Source: Felis catus (Eukaryota). Taken from it: a stretch of 64,000 nucleotides of DNA. The notes below the pieces were generated by a model. It was given only the letters and a program-made list of their open reading frames with translations. It had not been told where the DNA came from and did no database searches. The position numbers were made by a program, and so were the translations under genes. Positions 37,371 to 50,410 of the stretch are shown here, one piece after another (within the stretch, counting starts at the first letter, position 1; each line of letters begins with the position of its first letter). The stretch is from the NCBI RefSeq assembly GCF_018350175.1, contig NC_058368.1, positions 197,780,001-197,844,000 of the forward strand. Direction: 5' to 3'.

Positions 37371-37559
37371 AAACAATTCTGTTTTAGCCCTGCCCTAATC
37401 AACTGGGTCATTTTGTTTTTGTTTTTGATCCTCCCTGAAGACCAAAGAGCTAGAAGGCAGAATGACACTAAGCTGAAAGGTCTAGGTAGCAATAAATTAT
37501 CTGATCTTCTGTGTGCTTGTGAAATCCTTAAAGTCTAGTTGGAACAGGTGCTAAACGAT

Positions 37560-38321
37560 CGCATCTTGAATGTTGCGATTTAGAATGACCTCAATTGACT
37601 AAAATGATACCAAACCTATAAAATGAAATTTATCTGAGACTAATGTAATGGCCTGTATTTTGGCATAAATAGAATAAAATAATAAATAAATAAATTAAAT
37701 AAATAAATAAATAAATAAACACTCTGCACCCATTTAATAAAGAACCACAGGAATTGACAGCTCTTTGTGTCAAAAAGATACAAATTGTTAACAAGCTCCC
37801 TGTAAGCCTAGAGCAAGTTGCCATTGTTAGTGTTGACTACATTCATACAGAAGTAAACTGATGATGAAAAGTGCATGATATATACAAGTCAGGCTCCCTG
37901 TGTAGATTTGTGCTGGTTCTGGGTACCACATGTCAAGAGAGATCATCATGATAGGGATTGTTTTCAGAGAACGGTGATCATTATGAGCACTAATCTGGAA
38001 ACCATAATATATAATGAACTATTAAAGAAAATGGGAATGTGTAGCCTGGAGAAGAGAAAATTTGGAGGATATAATTAGTAGAGGGAAGAATTTTGAGTGG
38101 GCCCCGTAGGGCACAACAGTTCCACTGGGTGGAAATTGTACGAAGGCAGATTTTGGCTGAACGTTAATAAGTTCTTTGTAAAAACTAAAGTTGTTCAAAA
38201 ATAATAATGGCCTGGCCGGTCAGTGGAGATTCCCGAGTAGGGGGTAAATGACTTGTGTGGCACAAGGGGCACTCCTGCAGAGATCACCGGGGATGTGCGT
38301 TCCAACTCTGAGGTGCTATGA
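37560..38321 (+). mobile_element. Ancient L3/CR1 LINE 3' portion
   Basis: gttctgggtaccacat..aagagagat...gggaatgtgtagcctggagaagagaa...aaggcagattttggct...ending ttccaactctgaggtgctatga, resembling the recalled CR1/L3 terminus cccttccaactctgagattctatga. Confidence 0.7.
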
Positions 38322-38335
38322 TCTCCCCTCTCCAG

Positions 38336-38426
38336 GGATGCGGTGGAGTGTGGTGGCCAATGGGAGAGTCACTGTCACCCTCCAGCAACTTCTTCCTTGG
38401 TGGCTGCTCAGCCCAGTGACACTTAG
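38336..38426 (+). CDS. HTR4: HTR4 terminal exon b coding part: (R)[29 protein letters not shown]
   Basis: ctctccag|G GAT GCG GTG GAG TGT ... AGT GAC ACT TAG. The phase completes the AG|G Arg codon from 14353-14354. Near-identical to the recalled human 5-HT4(b) tail and gives a 388-aa isoform by human numbering. Confidence 0.97.
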
Positions 38427-41260
38427 GCCCCGGGGCAGTGACTCAGAAGACAGCGATCCCTCGGAGAAAGGGCAGATTCTAAACTGCTGCTTGTGTGGGA
38501 CTGCACCTGCCATTCTCTCCACCGTGTCTTACGCCAGGCAGCCCATGGCCACCAGGGATTTCCTCTGGGGCTTCAGCAGGTGGCGCTGGAGGGAGTCAGG
38601 GGACAGGACAACCTCCTTGTTGCCTGGGGTTTCTCCTCCAGAGATCCCCTGTGAAGGGATTTTTTTTTTTCATTCCCCAGCACTCCCTCTTCCTGGCGTC
38701 TCGCCCGTGCCTCACACTCTCTGTTGTCCCCAGTATGTCCCCTTACTGTTCCTGGTCTGTCTCTCTCATGTTCCAAACACGATCGCTCGCTGTGTCCTAT
38801 CTCAGTCATAGATGTCTCCAAATAAGCCTTCTTTGCTGTGTCTGCTCGCAGACGTTGTCAGAACACATCCTCCCCACGCCTGTCTTGGTCAGAGCCATGT
38901 TCCAAAAGCACGCGTTACTTGCTTGTTCACATCTGTTACGGCCACGTTCAAAGTGCTTGCTGTCTCTTCCCCGTCCTGTGCTGTGCCAGATACCAATACA
39001 CTTTCCTTCCGGTGTCTGGGTCCAAGTGTGCATCCTTCTGGCCAGCCCCCATGTCAGCTGCAGACTTCCCCTCCCTCTTCCTTAAGTCCAGTGTCCATTT
39101 ATGTACTGTGGAAAAGACGGGAGCAGAGGGCTCTCAAAGGAGAACGGTCTCTGTGGCACCCTTGCAGCTTGGCCGAAGATGGCTTCCCCCTGTGCCGTAG
39201 CCTCGGGCCCTGCAGCTCTGAGATGCTTGCTTCCCTCTTGGACTAGAACCGGGCATCTTCTTCTAAAGAGCCTTGTGTAGGGCCGCCAACATCGCAGTGT
39301 GTATTAAAGACTTTGGAATCTTTCCCATAGACTTGTGGCGAAGCCCACGGTAGCAGCTCAAAAGCCTTGAATCTGGCCTTGTTGCTCCCAGAGAAGACTG
39401 TGGGCAGCTCGCACTGCACAGGAGCGACACTCACCGCAGCTCCCCAAGTGCAGGAGGGCAGGACTGAGCAGTGCTGGGGTGGGAAAAGAGTGCTTGACTT
39501 GGAACCAGGGACCCCAGTTCCAGCCCTGGCTCTGCTCCTAACACGCTGTGAGATCTTGACCCCCGCCCTTCCATTCCCGGGCCTCACTTTCTACGACCGT
39601 GAACTGAAGTTTGAACTCGGGGATCGCCAAGATCCCTCTCCATTTCTAGGACCACAGGATGCTGCTACAGCCATCAGCTACCTCGAAAAGCCATGGCTTG
39701 CCTGCCTTTTGACTCTGTTTCAAAGGAGCTACCCTCCTCATCTGGGCCTTCTAGACCCATGGTCTTGCCAACTTTGCCCTTCAGATTAACCTGGATGTCT
39801 TTTCTTCAAAGCTGAGTCCTTGGCTCTTGCCAACTGCCCCAGAGGAAAGGTCCCAGGGCAATAAACCCAACTGTGTCATATGAGCCGTGTGAGGTTTTAA
39901 CATTGATCTTGGCTGTGATTTGATAGCACCCCAGGACTTTATCCTACACGTTGATCCTGCTGCTTAAGACGTGTCAGTTATCATTTCCATTGATGTTGAC
40001 TTTAGTTCTGGAATTGAACCAGACAAGAAAGAGCCTGGAATAAGGAAGACAAAGAGACTGGAATAAGGAATAATGAAGAGAATAAGGAAGAGAAGATTTC
40101 CCCCAAACCACCCAGATGCCAAAAAAAAAAAAAAAAATATTTCTCTGTCCGGTGAAGGCTTATATCGGGGAGAAAGTCTTGCCTTAGGGAAAGGGAAAAC
40201 ACATCTAAAGAGCAGCGTCCTTTAGATAGAATTCCTAAATGCTGTTGAGAAATATCGCACCAATGCTGAAATGTTCCGTCTGTAGACCAGAACCCTCGCT
40301 GATCAGTGGAGATCAGATTGAACTGGAGATCTCGTCCCATCCAGTAGGAAGACATTTTATGTAAAGTCATAACTGGCACCTTGACTCTGGCCGGACCAAC
40401 CCCCTTTCCTTTTTTAAGTCCCTGTTCTCTGCCGACTACATTCAGGACTTGAGGGGCAACCACCCTCTTGAGGATGCTGATTTCTTACAATACAAAGGAG
40501 GGAGCAGCAAGGTTCTGAGTCCCAAGGTCCCAAAGCCACGATGATATAGCCAAAGTCTCTGCTCTGACTGCTGCGCGTGCTGCCCGTCGCCTCTGTGAGC
40601 ACGGATGTGTGGATGGGTGTAGCTTAGAAGCGCCATGGGCACTGAATTGTTGCTGACTCGCCTCAACCTCGCTGGCCTCTGAAAGAAACTCTCTCGCCTG
40701 CTTCGCAACGTTGTTGTGGAGATAAGTAAGATCGTTTTTGTGGAAACATTTCATACGTCATCAAATGCCATTTTGTATGTTCACGATTCCTTTGGATTAC
40801 TTTGGATGCTCCTGGGCTCTCAAGGACTAAGAATTTCTTCATCAAAATGTGAACCAATCTAGAGAAGGAGCTTCCTATATGGTGAAACACAATATCGAAG
40901 GAACACCTTTCGGGGGTTCTTCCTTCTGCGTCTATCCCTCCTCCTTTGGTTACTGCACACACCCACACTGCAACCGTGTACATTACAAGCACTTGAAGGA
41001 GTATTGTTGTTCTCGAAGTGGAGGAGTCAGTGGAGAGGGATGGTGACCACAGACTAATTTTGGTAAAAATGAGCCTCACTTTCATGGAACCTCAAAGTCA
41101 CATGAAATTAAATTCAAATGCCTTTTTGCCTTGAAAGCATTCATATGGAGAAAAAAAATGACCTGGGTCATCGAAATTATCCCCATCCTGTAAATGCTAT
41201 TTATACACGTATATATATATATATAAATTCTGTGAAAATAAAAACCTCAAACATGGACTG
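38427..41260 (+). other. HTR4: Probable 3' UTR of HTR4 isoform b (end uncertain)
   Basis: Repeat-poor sequence following the b stop codon with an AU-rich distal part. AATAAA hexamers at 39860-39865 and 41237-41242, with further ones near 41781 and 41898. Confidence 0.5.
40006..40066 (+). CDS. HTR4: HTR4 terminal exon c homolog: (S)SGIEPDKKEPGIRKTKRLE*
   Basis: gactttag|T TCT GGA ATT GAA CCA GAC... completes AG|T Ser and resembles the recalled human c tail SSGTETDRRNFGIRKRRLTKPS. TAA at 40064-40066. Use of this exon in this species is unproven. Confidence 0.65.
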
Positions 41261-43696
41261 ATTATGAATGAGCAGCTGAAAAGACTGTTATATAAAGTAT
41301 ATACTGAGCTACTGAACCAGATAACTGAGATTTTATTTCTAATCTGATAGTCTATGTAAATTATTGTGAATTATGGTTTAATGCTATTTAGTAACCACCT
41401 AAATTTTGTTTACATTTTGAAGAAAGTAGAATTACAAGTGGGGCCACTCTTACAGTTTATAATGCACTGAGTGGTCTGTGTAATCAACATGTAATGTATA
41501 TGTGGGCCTGTTATATAGAACATGGAACTTAATTTTATAATTTCAAAGGATTATAAATTTTAATGATGGTTGTATCTTTGGTTTTATGAAATTATTAGTT
41601 ATACCTATGATTTATTTGGACAAAAGCTTTGAAGGTACTGGGCTCCCTCTAATCTGTTTCTATGGAAAGCATCATCAACTTTATGAGGATCTACTCTTTG
41701 ATGCTGTTCCCAGGAATGCATTCTTGGAAAAACAGGAACCTACACAGACTTGTTTTTGTAATAGATAAATTCTATTTATTAATAAATATTGATAAATTAC
41801 ACATATGTTTATACTTATGCATTCTGTACATGTCTAGATAAAGTATACATTGAGGGAAATCTTAAGTCGCAAAACTAATAACTGAATTTTGAATCTATAA
41901 TAAAATGCCGAAGTCAATCCCATGACTCACTTCTGTGGAGCTTCTCTGTCACTTTGGTAGCCCAGCCCGTCTCTTAGAAGCTTTGGGTGTTTGAAGCTGG
42001 AGAATTTTCCATCTCTAATATTGGGTTCTCTAAAGGTAAAACCAGAAGCCCAGGACCCTTAGATAATGTGCTTCTACCTTACTGCACCTTTGTCAAGGCC
42101 TCATGCACTAGGACAGATTCCTCTGACATGGTCATCCCAAGAGCAGACAATCGGGAAAAATCCAACCCAGCCACCCTCAGGGCATACGCTATAGAAGCCA
42201 TTGAAGGCAGCGTGACACCCGTATATCCAGAGGTCCTGGATTGAGGTTATTAAGCGTGTGCTTCCTTACTGAAACCGTCCTTGATGTCACAAATCATCCA
42301 AGAGTCTGGAGTCTAGCTCCCTTTCCCTGGAGCCACTAGGATGTCAGGCCTAGAGCAGGTGTCTATGAAATCCGGGCTCAATCTCTTCTGAGTATGGGCA
42401 ATGGAAAGACCGCCATAAGCATTCAGGGGCAGGGTACTCATCTCAACTCTTCCGTTTAATCCTTGGGGCCTCCATCATCTTACATATAAAATGCAGAGGG
42501 TGGACAAGAATTAGGTTTTCAAATCAGAATCCTTTTGTCATACACAAGTTTACTGGGAACCCCACTGCACATAGGTCAAAGTAGAATGGGGGACATAGTA
42601 GGTAGATTTGGATCCCTCATCTCTACCCATTAATATTATAACATAATCATTATTATAGAATGATTATTGTATACAATATTATATCTATTTTATAATAGAA
42701 TGATATCCCTGGCAGGAGCCTTCTTTGCAGCCTAAAACCCTAAGCAGCTGGGTCAGGCTTTTTGTTCTAAAATCCGTGATGATACTTGGTTTCCCCCCAT
42801 CCTAAGTTTTTGTAAAGCATTCGTAAGACTCCCGTGAACTATTTCTCCAGACAATTTTCCTCGGAATCACACCTGTCCACCTACTTTCAAAACCTCTTTC
42901 TCCATACAGGAAATGCCCCATTTCCTGAAATTTGTATCCTAAAAGGAAAATCTGAGACTCCACCCCCTGTGAAGCAGCCCCTGTGTCCAGGCAAAGAACG
43001 AGACCTCAGAAACCCGACTGACTTAGCCTTGGATGACTGTCTCCTTCCTTGCTTTCCTTCCAAATTTTCTTTCTTCACTTTGGAGCCAGCCGTTCTCTGG
43101 CCCTACACAAGGAGGAGGAACTGACATGGATTTAGTACTTACTGTATTTTATCTGCCAACTACGCTACACTCTTTCGAGAAACAGAAATTTCTCAAAAAC
43201 CTACTATGTTCCAGGGGTCTGTTGCCAGATGCCTATTAATAAATAATACTGAGAATGTCTGCTTTTTTGTCGAAAGCCAGAAAATAACCACGGAGACACA
43301 TGTGGGTGCATTAGACAAGTTTAGATACTCACCAGTGCTATAAAGAACATAAAAAATCGAGATGGGGCAGGCGGGTGTATGTTATCTGGAGTAGTCCAGG
43401 AAACCTTCAAGAATGCCAGCCCTGTGACCTGGGACAAGAATGCCAAAGAGGCGTCTGTCATGTGTTGATTTGGGGGAATATCCTGTCAGCCCAAGGGAAA
43501 TGCAGTACAAAGACTGAGACAGAAGGGAGCTTAGCATGTGCGGCTGGTGCGTAGTGAGCGTGGGGAACGTGGCAGAAGATGGGGTAAGAGAAGTCAGTAA
43601 AAGCTGATAGCAATTCCGTAGTGTCAGATACCATTCATCTGCTACTTATTCTGTGCTGGCTCGGTGGGAAGCATTTTGTATTAAACCCTGAAGGGT

Positions 43697-43912
43697 GGGG
43701 CGCCTGGGTGGCTCAGTTGGCTGGGCGACCAACTTCGGCTCAGGTCATGATCTCATGGTCCTTGAGTTCAAGCCCCATGTCGGGTTCTGTGCTGACAGCT
43801 CAGAGCCTGGAGCCTGCTTCGGATTCTGTGTCTCCCCCTCTCTCTGCCCCGCCCCTGCTCATGCTCTCTCTCTGTCTCTCAATAATAAATAAATGTTAAA
43901 AAAAAAAAAAAA
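43697..43912 (+). mobile_element. CAN-SINE
   Basis: ggggcgcctgggtggctcagttggc...; perfect 16-bp TSD ttaaaccctgaagggt. Confidence 0.95.
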
Positions 43913-44646
43913 TTTAAACCCTGAAGGGTAAGTATCATTTTCCCAACCCACATGAGCTGACAAATTAACCAGAAATTTCCCAAAGGACGCAGAGATTGCC
44001 TGGAGCCAGAAATGGGTCCCAAACCCTGCTGAAGCTAGCCTTTCTCCCCCAAGTCACTTGTTGAGAGACTGACCCCCCCTGAGGCCTTTTCTCTTTAGCA
44101 GCAAGAACTGTTCTTGAAATAGATAAATCTTCCTCTTGTACATCTTTCCCCTTTTGCCTCCCTTCTTTCTCCATGGAGTGTAGGCTGTCCAAACAAATAA
44201 AGAAGCATTTATACAGTGGTTCCTCATTGGTTTTAAGGAAACTAATTCCAAATACCATCTAATTAGAAGTAAAGTCCATTCTTGGCCAGCCAGAAAGTGG
44301 TTTCCTATGAAAACTATTCATTATATCAGAAATAAGAGGAAATTCGATCTGGTTATATAATCAGATTTTTTTTTTTTTTCTCATACATTTCCTTCTCTCC
44401 ATCCTTCCTGACATCATCCTACACCATCCTTCTACAACTGATGTTATCTTCATCTGGACCGGGGCGTTTGGCTCTGAAACACAACCGGGAGCATGTTCTT
44501 TCCCTGATCAGATCCCCTCAAGGATTCTCCATCGCCTACCAAATTCTGGGCTCTGCATAGTTTTTCCAAACCTACTGTTCAGTCTTACCTCCAGTTATTC
44601 CTCTGTATTCCTACAAAGCAAACAGTATGGTCTGCGTTCCCCTTAC

Positions 44647-44856
44647 TTTTTTTTTGTTTGAGAGAGAGAGAGCATGAGCAGTGGAGAGGGGCAGAGAGAG
44701 AGAGAGAGAGAGAGAGAACGGGAGGGAGAGAATCCCAAGCAGGCTCCACACTGAGCGCAGAGCCCAGCACAGGGCTCGATCCCCCAACCTTGGGATCATG
44801 ACCTGAGCCACAATCAGGAGTTGGACATTCAACCGACTGAGCCACCCAGGTGCCCC
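44647..44856 (-). mobile_element. CAN-SINE
   Basis: (GA)n...gaatcccaagcaggctcc...gccacccaggtgcccc; TSD tccccttact. Confidence 0.9.
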
Positions 44857-46483
44857 TCCCCTTACTCTTGCTTTGCATTTCACCGTCAGGCTGTTGGTCC
44901 TGCTGTTCTGTCCATTGGGCATCCCCTCCCAACCTCCCTTACGTTGTACTTCTCAGCTAACACCTTCTACCTGAAATCTTTCCCAGCCTCTAGAACAGCA
45001 TGAGGTTTTTGACCTGTTCCAACCCCAGAGCATTTTATTTGTTCGTCCGTGTTTTTCCTGTGGGGGTCATTAATTATATACATTCCAAGCTTCCCTACCA
45101 GATTCCTGAGCTCCCTTAAGACAGTGGCCAATTCTCACTGATCGTGTTTTGTTTTTCCTCGCGCCCAACACAGGTTTTTATGCACTGGAGCTGTCCAATA
45201 AATTCATTGAATTTACTCATTTGGAAGAATTTGGAGCTTTTCATTGTTTGCAGCATCGGCAGTGCCGTCCAGATCCCTCTGCTGCTCTACCATTTAATGC
45301 TCCTCCCACTGTAAAAGCTGCAGCCTCCTGATAAGAGGAAAATTTTTCCGTGACAGTTTTGAGCGAAATCAAGATGTTTGTCATATTTCTTGCAAGTAGC
45401 AAAAGCATTAGAGTTTTAAAATACCATTATTTTCCTGATTTATGGCAAGGTTTGTTTTTTTTTTTTTTTTGGTTCAGGTCTGTCTATTGAAAAAGAAATT
45501 AAGCTTAAAGCTTTGTCTTTGTAGAATGCGTGGGGAATCAGACGGAAGTTGCTGGAATTATTTGGCATACCAGAGAACCCTGGGCACCACCGTTTCACCA
45601 TTTACTGAGACAGCCCAGAGGACAGAGTGAATGGTGGGTGGACCAGACCTTGGATGTGGAATGGGCACGGGGAGATTGCTCAGGCTAAGGCGTGATACAG
45701 CATGCTCAAGAGATGTCAGAAAATGTGACCTGTTTTTCTCCGCTTTGTCACTAACTGGCCGTATGGCTCTGCACACGTCCCTGCCCCTTTCTGGCTTAAG
45801 TTTTGCCATCTATAAATTGAGAAGCGTTGGCTTTGTCCACTAGATGGACATGGGTTTACATTCAGTCTCTACCAGTTGCCAACTGTGTGGGACTTTGGCC
45901 AAGTTCCTGCCTCTCTGAGCCTCCATTGCTTCCTCTCACAGGGGTAATGATGATGCATCGCCCAGAGTGTTGTTGCGAGCTCGTAAATAGTGAAGCATGG
46001 TCACTGGCTTATAGGAAGCGCTCCCTGAGGTGTAGCTGTTACTGTTATCACTCTGGATTCCAGGGAATTTGAAATTCCGAAACCACATGGAGAGTCCTAT
46101 GGAAAAGGTGTTGAGAAACCGGGCGTGGGGTAGTGGGGAGTGTGGCAGGAGGTGATTGTGTCTCTGTCGGTCGTCTAATCTGGAAAGGGGGCGGGCAGGT
46201 TGTGGCCACCGTGCAGGAGAAGATGTGGATGGTGTGGGGAATTGGTTGCAGAGACAGAGAAGATGTAACGTGATGAGCAGAGACAGGAAGTGGAGTTGTC
46301 TTTCGGTTGTCTTACCACAGAATACCTGTGTCTCTAGCTGCTCCACTTCAGGAGTTTCCTAAGCAATAGTCACACTTTACCTGCCAAGAGGTAAGGGGAC
46401 TCGACTTTGTTGAGCACCTGGCATATGGAAGTGTTTCCTTGTCCCTTGACATATCTTATTTAACCTTCCAAAAGAGCATTGAC

Positions 46484-46658
46484 TGGCGCATCTGGGTGGC
46501 TCCGTCGGTCAAGCGTCCGACTCTTGATTTCACTCAGGTCATGATCGCACAGTCTGTGGGGTCGAGCGTTGCGTTCACAGTGCGGAACCTGCTTGGGATT
46601 CTGTCTCTCCCTCTCTCCCGCCTCTCCCTGCCCCTCAAAATAAAAAGAAAAAAGAGAA
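46484..46658 (+). mobile_element. CAN-SINE (internally deleted)
   Basis: ggcgcatctgggtggctccgtcggtcaagcgtccgactcttgatttcactcaggtcatgatc...A-rich tail. Confidence 0.85.
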
Positions 46659-49600
46659 AGAATGGATTGAATACTGGATTGAATCTTGACGTCCCAACTT
46701 GCCAGCTTGTTTGGGCAAGTTAATTAACTTCTCTGAGTTTGAGCCTCATGAGTAAAATAGAGGTGTTAATGTTACCTAACTTATGAGGTTGTGTAATTTA
46801 AATCAGACCGTGTATATGGTAGCAATTAGAACAGCACCGAGCAGCTAACTGGCAGTTTTTATTAATACGTTCATGGTTATTTTATATGATGATCCCCATT
46901 TTATGGATAAGTAAAATGAGGCTTAAAGACACTAAGTTCTGGAACCAAGGTCGGACAAGTAATAATGAGCAGAGCCAGGATACAAACCCAGATTTGCCTA
47001 TCTTGAGAAACATTACTCTGTTTTCCTGCCTGTGTAGAAGGAAAGGGACAGAAGCAAGGCCATCAGATTTAAAGAGACGCTCCCTCTGAAATTAGAAGAT
47101 ATTTTGTAACGTGTGTGGGTAACCTGTAGCCTGGATGGAGGGTTGTTTAAATTGGTCTGGAGCCTTGGATGAAAGGTCAGACATTATTGTGTTTTTTAAA
47201 AAAACTTGGTTGAGACCAGATAATTTCATTTCAGTTGAGTCTTTCTCAGTATTCAATGACATTAGGGGGTTATGTCATTTCATTCCAGCCTTGGTCCCCT
47301 GAATTAGCATGATAATCTTTAGGATATGGTCTTCTTGTCAACAGGGTCCAGCTGGGGGCCCGTGTGCCATGGCTTAATGATGAAATTCTCGGCCAGAACA
47401 CAGACCATCCCCCTCTTTACCCCACGTTCTTCCTCCAAAGCCTGTAACAATATCTCTTTATCATCCTCAGGAACTTGCCACGGACGAGACTGTGAATCAT
47501 CCATTACCAAGGCTTTTGTGAAAGGGAAGTTGAGCCACAGGGCTTTATCATTTCAAGTGAAAACCCCTAGCTGGTTGAGCCAAGACACCATTTCTGGTGG
47601 GACCTCTTTTCCCAGCCAGCCAGTGAGTGGGCAGTTGGTCCAGGGGATATGAGTCAATGGAAGGAACCAGGAAAGGGGAATCTTATCAGGGTCAACCTCA
47701 TTACTGCATCTCCTCTCCTCAACACAGAGCCTTCCGGAAACATTGAGCTTATAAAAGTAAAAGGCCAAAGTCATTCCAGAATTCTGTCTCATCTAATAGT
47801 AGCTTTCTCAGTGGAGAGCAGTCTCTATTTATTTTCTAATTTCCTGGCATTTATTTGCTATTCAAACCTTCCTATTGCCGCTGATGGTTTCACTTGCGGT
47901 CGCCTGTGCGATGGAACAAAAACATGGATTCTGATTTCACGTGGAATTCTGGCACCAGCTGAGTGACTTCTGGCAAGCCACTTACCCCTCTGAACCTCAA
48001 GTTTCTCATGAAACAAGTGTCCCAGCCTATTTGACAGATGCCACATATTTTTCATTCACTCGACAAAAGGTTTTTGTGCTTCTGGAGGGGAGAGAAATAA
48101 ATCAATTTTGTTCATTGGCCTTTGATGGCTTCCATGTTACTAGGTGGGAAAAGGTAATGGTCCCCAAAACTATAAAGCCAGGGGAAAAGTGTTAAGTCCA
48201 GTGATCTTAATGAAGAAACTGTACGCTAAAATGTATAGGACGGGGCAACAAATGCTAAGTATCATCATCATTATTATTAATTATTATCTTAATTATTATC
48301 TAGTCTTTTCTCTTTAGTGTTGCTGCCACTTCTCAGAGCTCACTCCCCATTATCTTGTACTAGGTAACTACACTATATTCTGATTCTTTTCCCTTTGCAT
48401 CTGTCTAGGTCAATGTAGTTTTTAAATAACACATATATACACGATAACCAACAAACATAAAACAATAAAGCAACATCCTCCCCAATTTTCCATCTGCTGA
48501 AAATGTGCCCTATTCAGCAACATTTCTGAAAAACTCAAAGTGGTTCACAGTTGCTCACCAATATGTCATCTGTGCCCACAACACGGTGCCCACCTTGGGC
48601 AGAACGAGTACAAATGGGCCAAGGCCCACGGCCTTCTCCGACAGTCAGGCCCAGATGTGGCTGTTCACTGCTCTGCTGCAACCCACTGTGCTTTTCTCCC
48701 ACCACTTATCAGTCAAAGCCAAGGCCTAGTTCACGGGGAAGCCTTGTCTGTGAAGCCTAAGGGGGTTAGGCTGGTCTTGGTCCACAGTACCTAATTCCCT
48801 GGGGCTACAGCCACAGTCTCCCAGGAAGGATGCTGTCAGTCCCACAAACAAAACAGCCATCTCGGTGTAAAACCACCACCAGCAATAATCTTTAGGATTT
48901 TTGTATTTGTACAATACAATTTGTACAATTATTGTATTTGTAAACAATACAAAGCGTTCTGCTAGGCGCTACTAATGGGGGAAAAAGCCTCAGGGCTTGT
49001 CATGGCAGTCTCTGTGGGCCCCACTGTGGGGCTGAATAGAAAATGGAAGAGACTCTTGTCCTACTGGGCCTGCTCTATCCTGCTGGCTTTCCTGAGTGCT
49101 GGTCACTGCAGCCAGCCTGGACTGGTGATTAATCTTCTGGATGGATGTGCAGACCCAGACACCAGTGCCAGTGGGGAACTGGCGAGTTGCTTAGGGTAGG
49201 ACCCCAAGTGGGTATCTTGAGAACTTAATGAAGCATCATACTGACAAGGGATTCTGGAAAACCTACTACTGATCACTATATACCACAACGTTTCATCTTT
49301 CCCTTTCCCTCGTCACGTGTAAGCCACTGCAAAAGTTTATGGTAGTTCTAACATTGAAGGCATAATAAAACTCTTTGAGAACCAAGTAAAATCTATGGCC
49401 TTTCCCCTAAAAATCTGGACGTATGCACAGATTTTTAGATACATTCCCAAGAAACTCATTTATTCTCTGAGGGAGAAACCCAAGGTTAAAACGAAAATCC
49501 CTGTTTAATGGGAGGTTATATTGGTGGATACGATGATACTGATGAAGTCACAGTCTTTTCCCCTGTCCTGCCTCCAGTCAGTGAGGTATTTATTTCACAT

Positions 49601-49963
49601 ACAACCTCCAGTGCCATTGCTGTCTATACAGCAATTTGTTGTAAAAATCGTATTTCTTCTTGTAACATCTTTCTTTCCCCCAAATAGTTCTGTGGCAATT
49701 ATCTCATAAATTGTTACAGATTCCCCAAGAGCTAGATAAAGGAATATGTCACTGCCTTCACTTACAGACTCCAGTGCAAGGTCTGGAAGAGTCTGAGAAA
49801 ATGGCTGAGATCTTGGTGAGTCGCCGAATCCAGTTGGAAATCAGAATGATTTCACTCAGTGGCAATTTGTATGTCAGGCACTGTGCTAGGCTCCGGGTCT
49901 GCTACATCTCTGACTGCTGGCATGTCCCCAAGTCTGTTCCAAGAGGGAAAAAAAGCCTGTTCT

Positions 49964-50041
49964 CTTTTTTAAAAAATATTTTTAATATTTTTTTGGTTTA
50001 TTTATTTTTGAGAGATAGAGACAGCACGTGAGTAGGGGAGG

Positions 50042-50081
<40 letters not shown>

Positions 50082-50208
50082 CCAAAGCAGGCTCCAGGCT
50101 CTGAGCTGTCAGCACAGAGCCTAATGCGGGGTTCAAACTCACGAACCACGAGATCATGACCTGAGCCAAAGTCGGGACATGTGACTGACTGAGCCACCCA
50201 GGCGCCCC
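49964..50208 (-). mobile_element. CAN-SINE
   Basis: (GA)n...gcaggctccaggctctgagctgtcagcacagagcc...gagccacccaggcgcccc; TSD aaaagcctgttct. Confidence 0.92.
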
Positions 50209-50410
50209 CCAAAAGCCTGTTCTGTTTGGAAATTGACTGGGATAAGTACAGCATCCCTAACTCAGTGATAGTACCTTACATTTTAACAGCACACGTGAAA
50301 GCTGTTGACAGTTTCTGGGGGCAGACAAACTAGATTAGCTTCCTAACTTCAGTAACTTAAAGACGTGAGCTTTAGTTTTTGCACTTGTAAAAGTAAAATT
50401 ATTTCTAAAG

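Noticed and set aside
38248-39789. Overlapping 100-196-aa ORFs around exon b
   Set aside because: No recognisable domains and not in the HTR4 frame. They overlap the GC-richer 3' UTR, where chance ORFs are expected.
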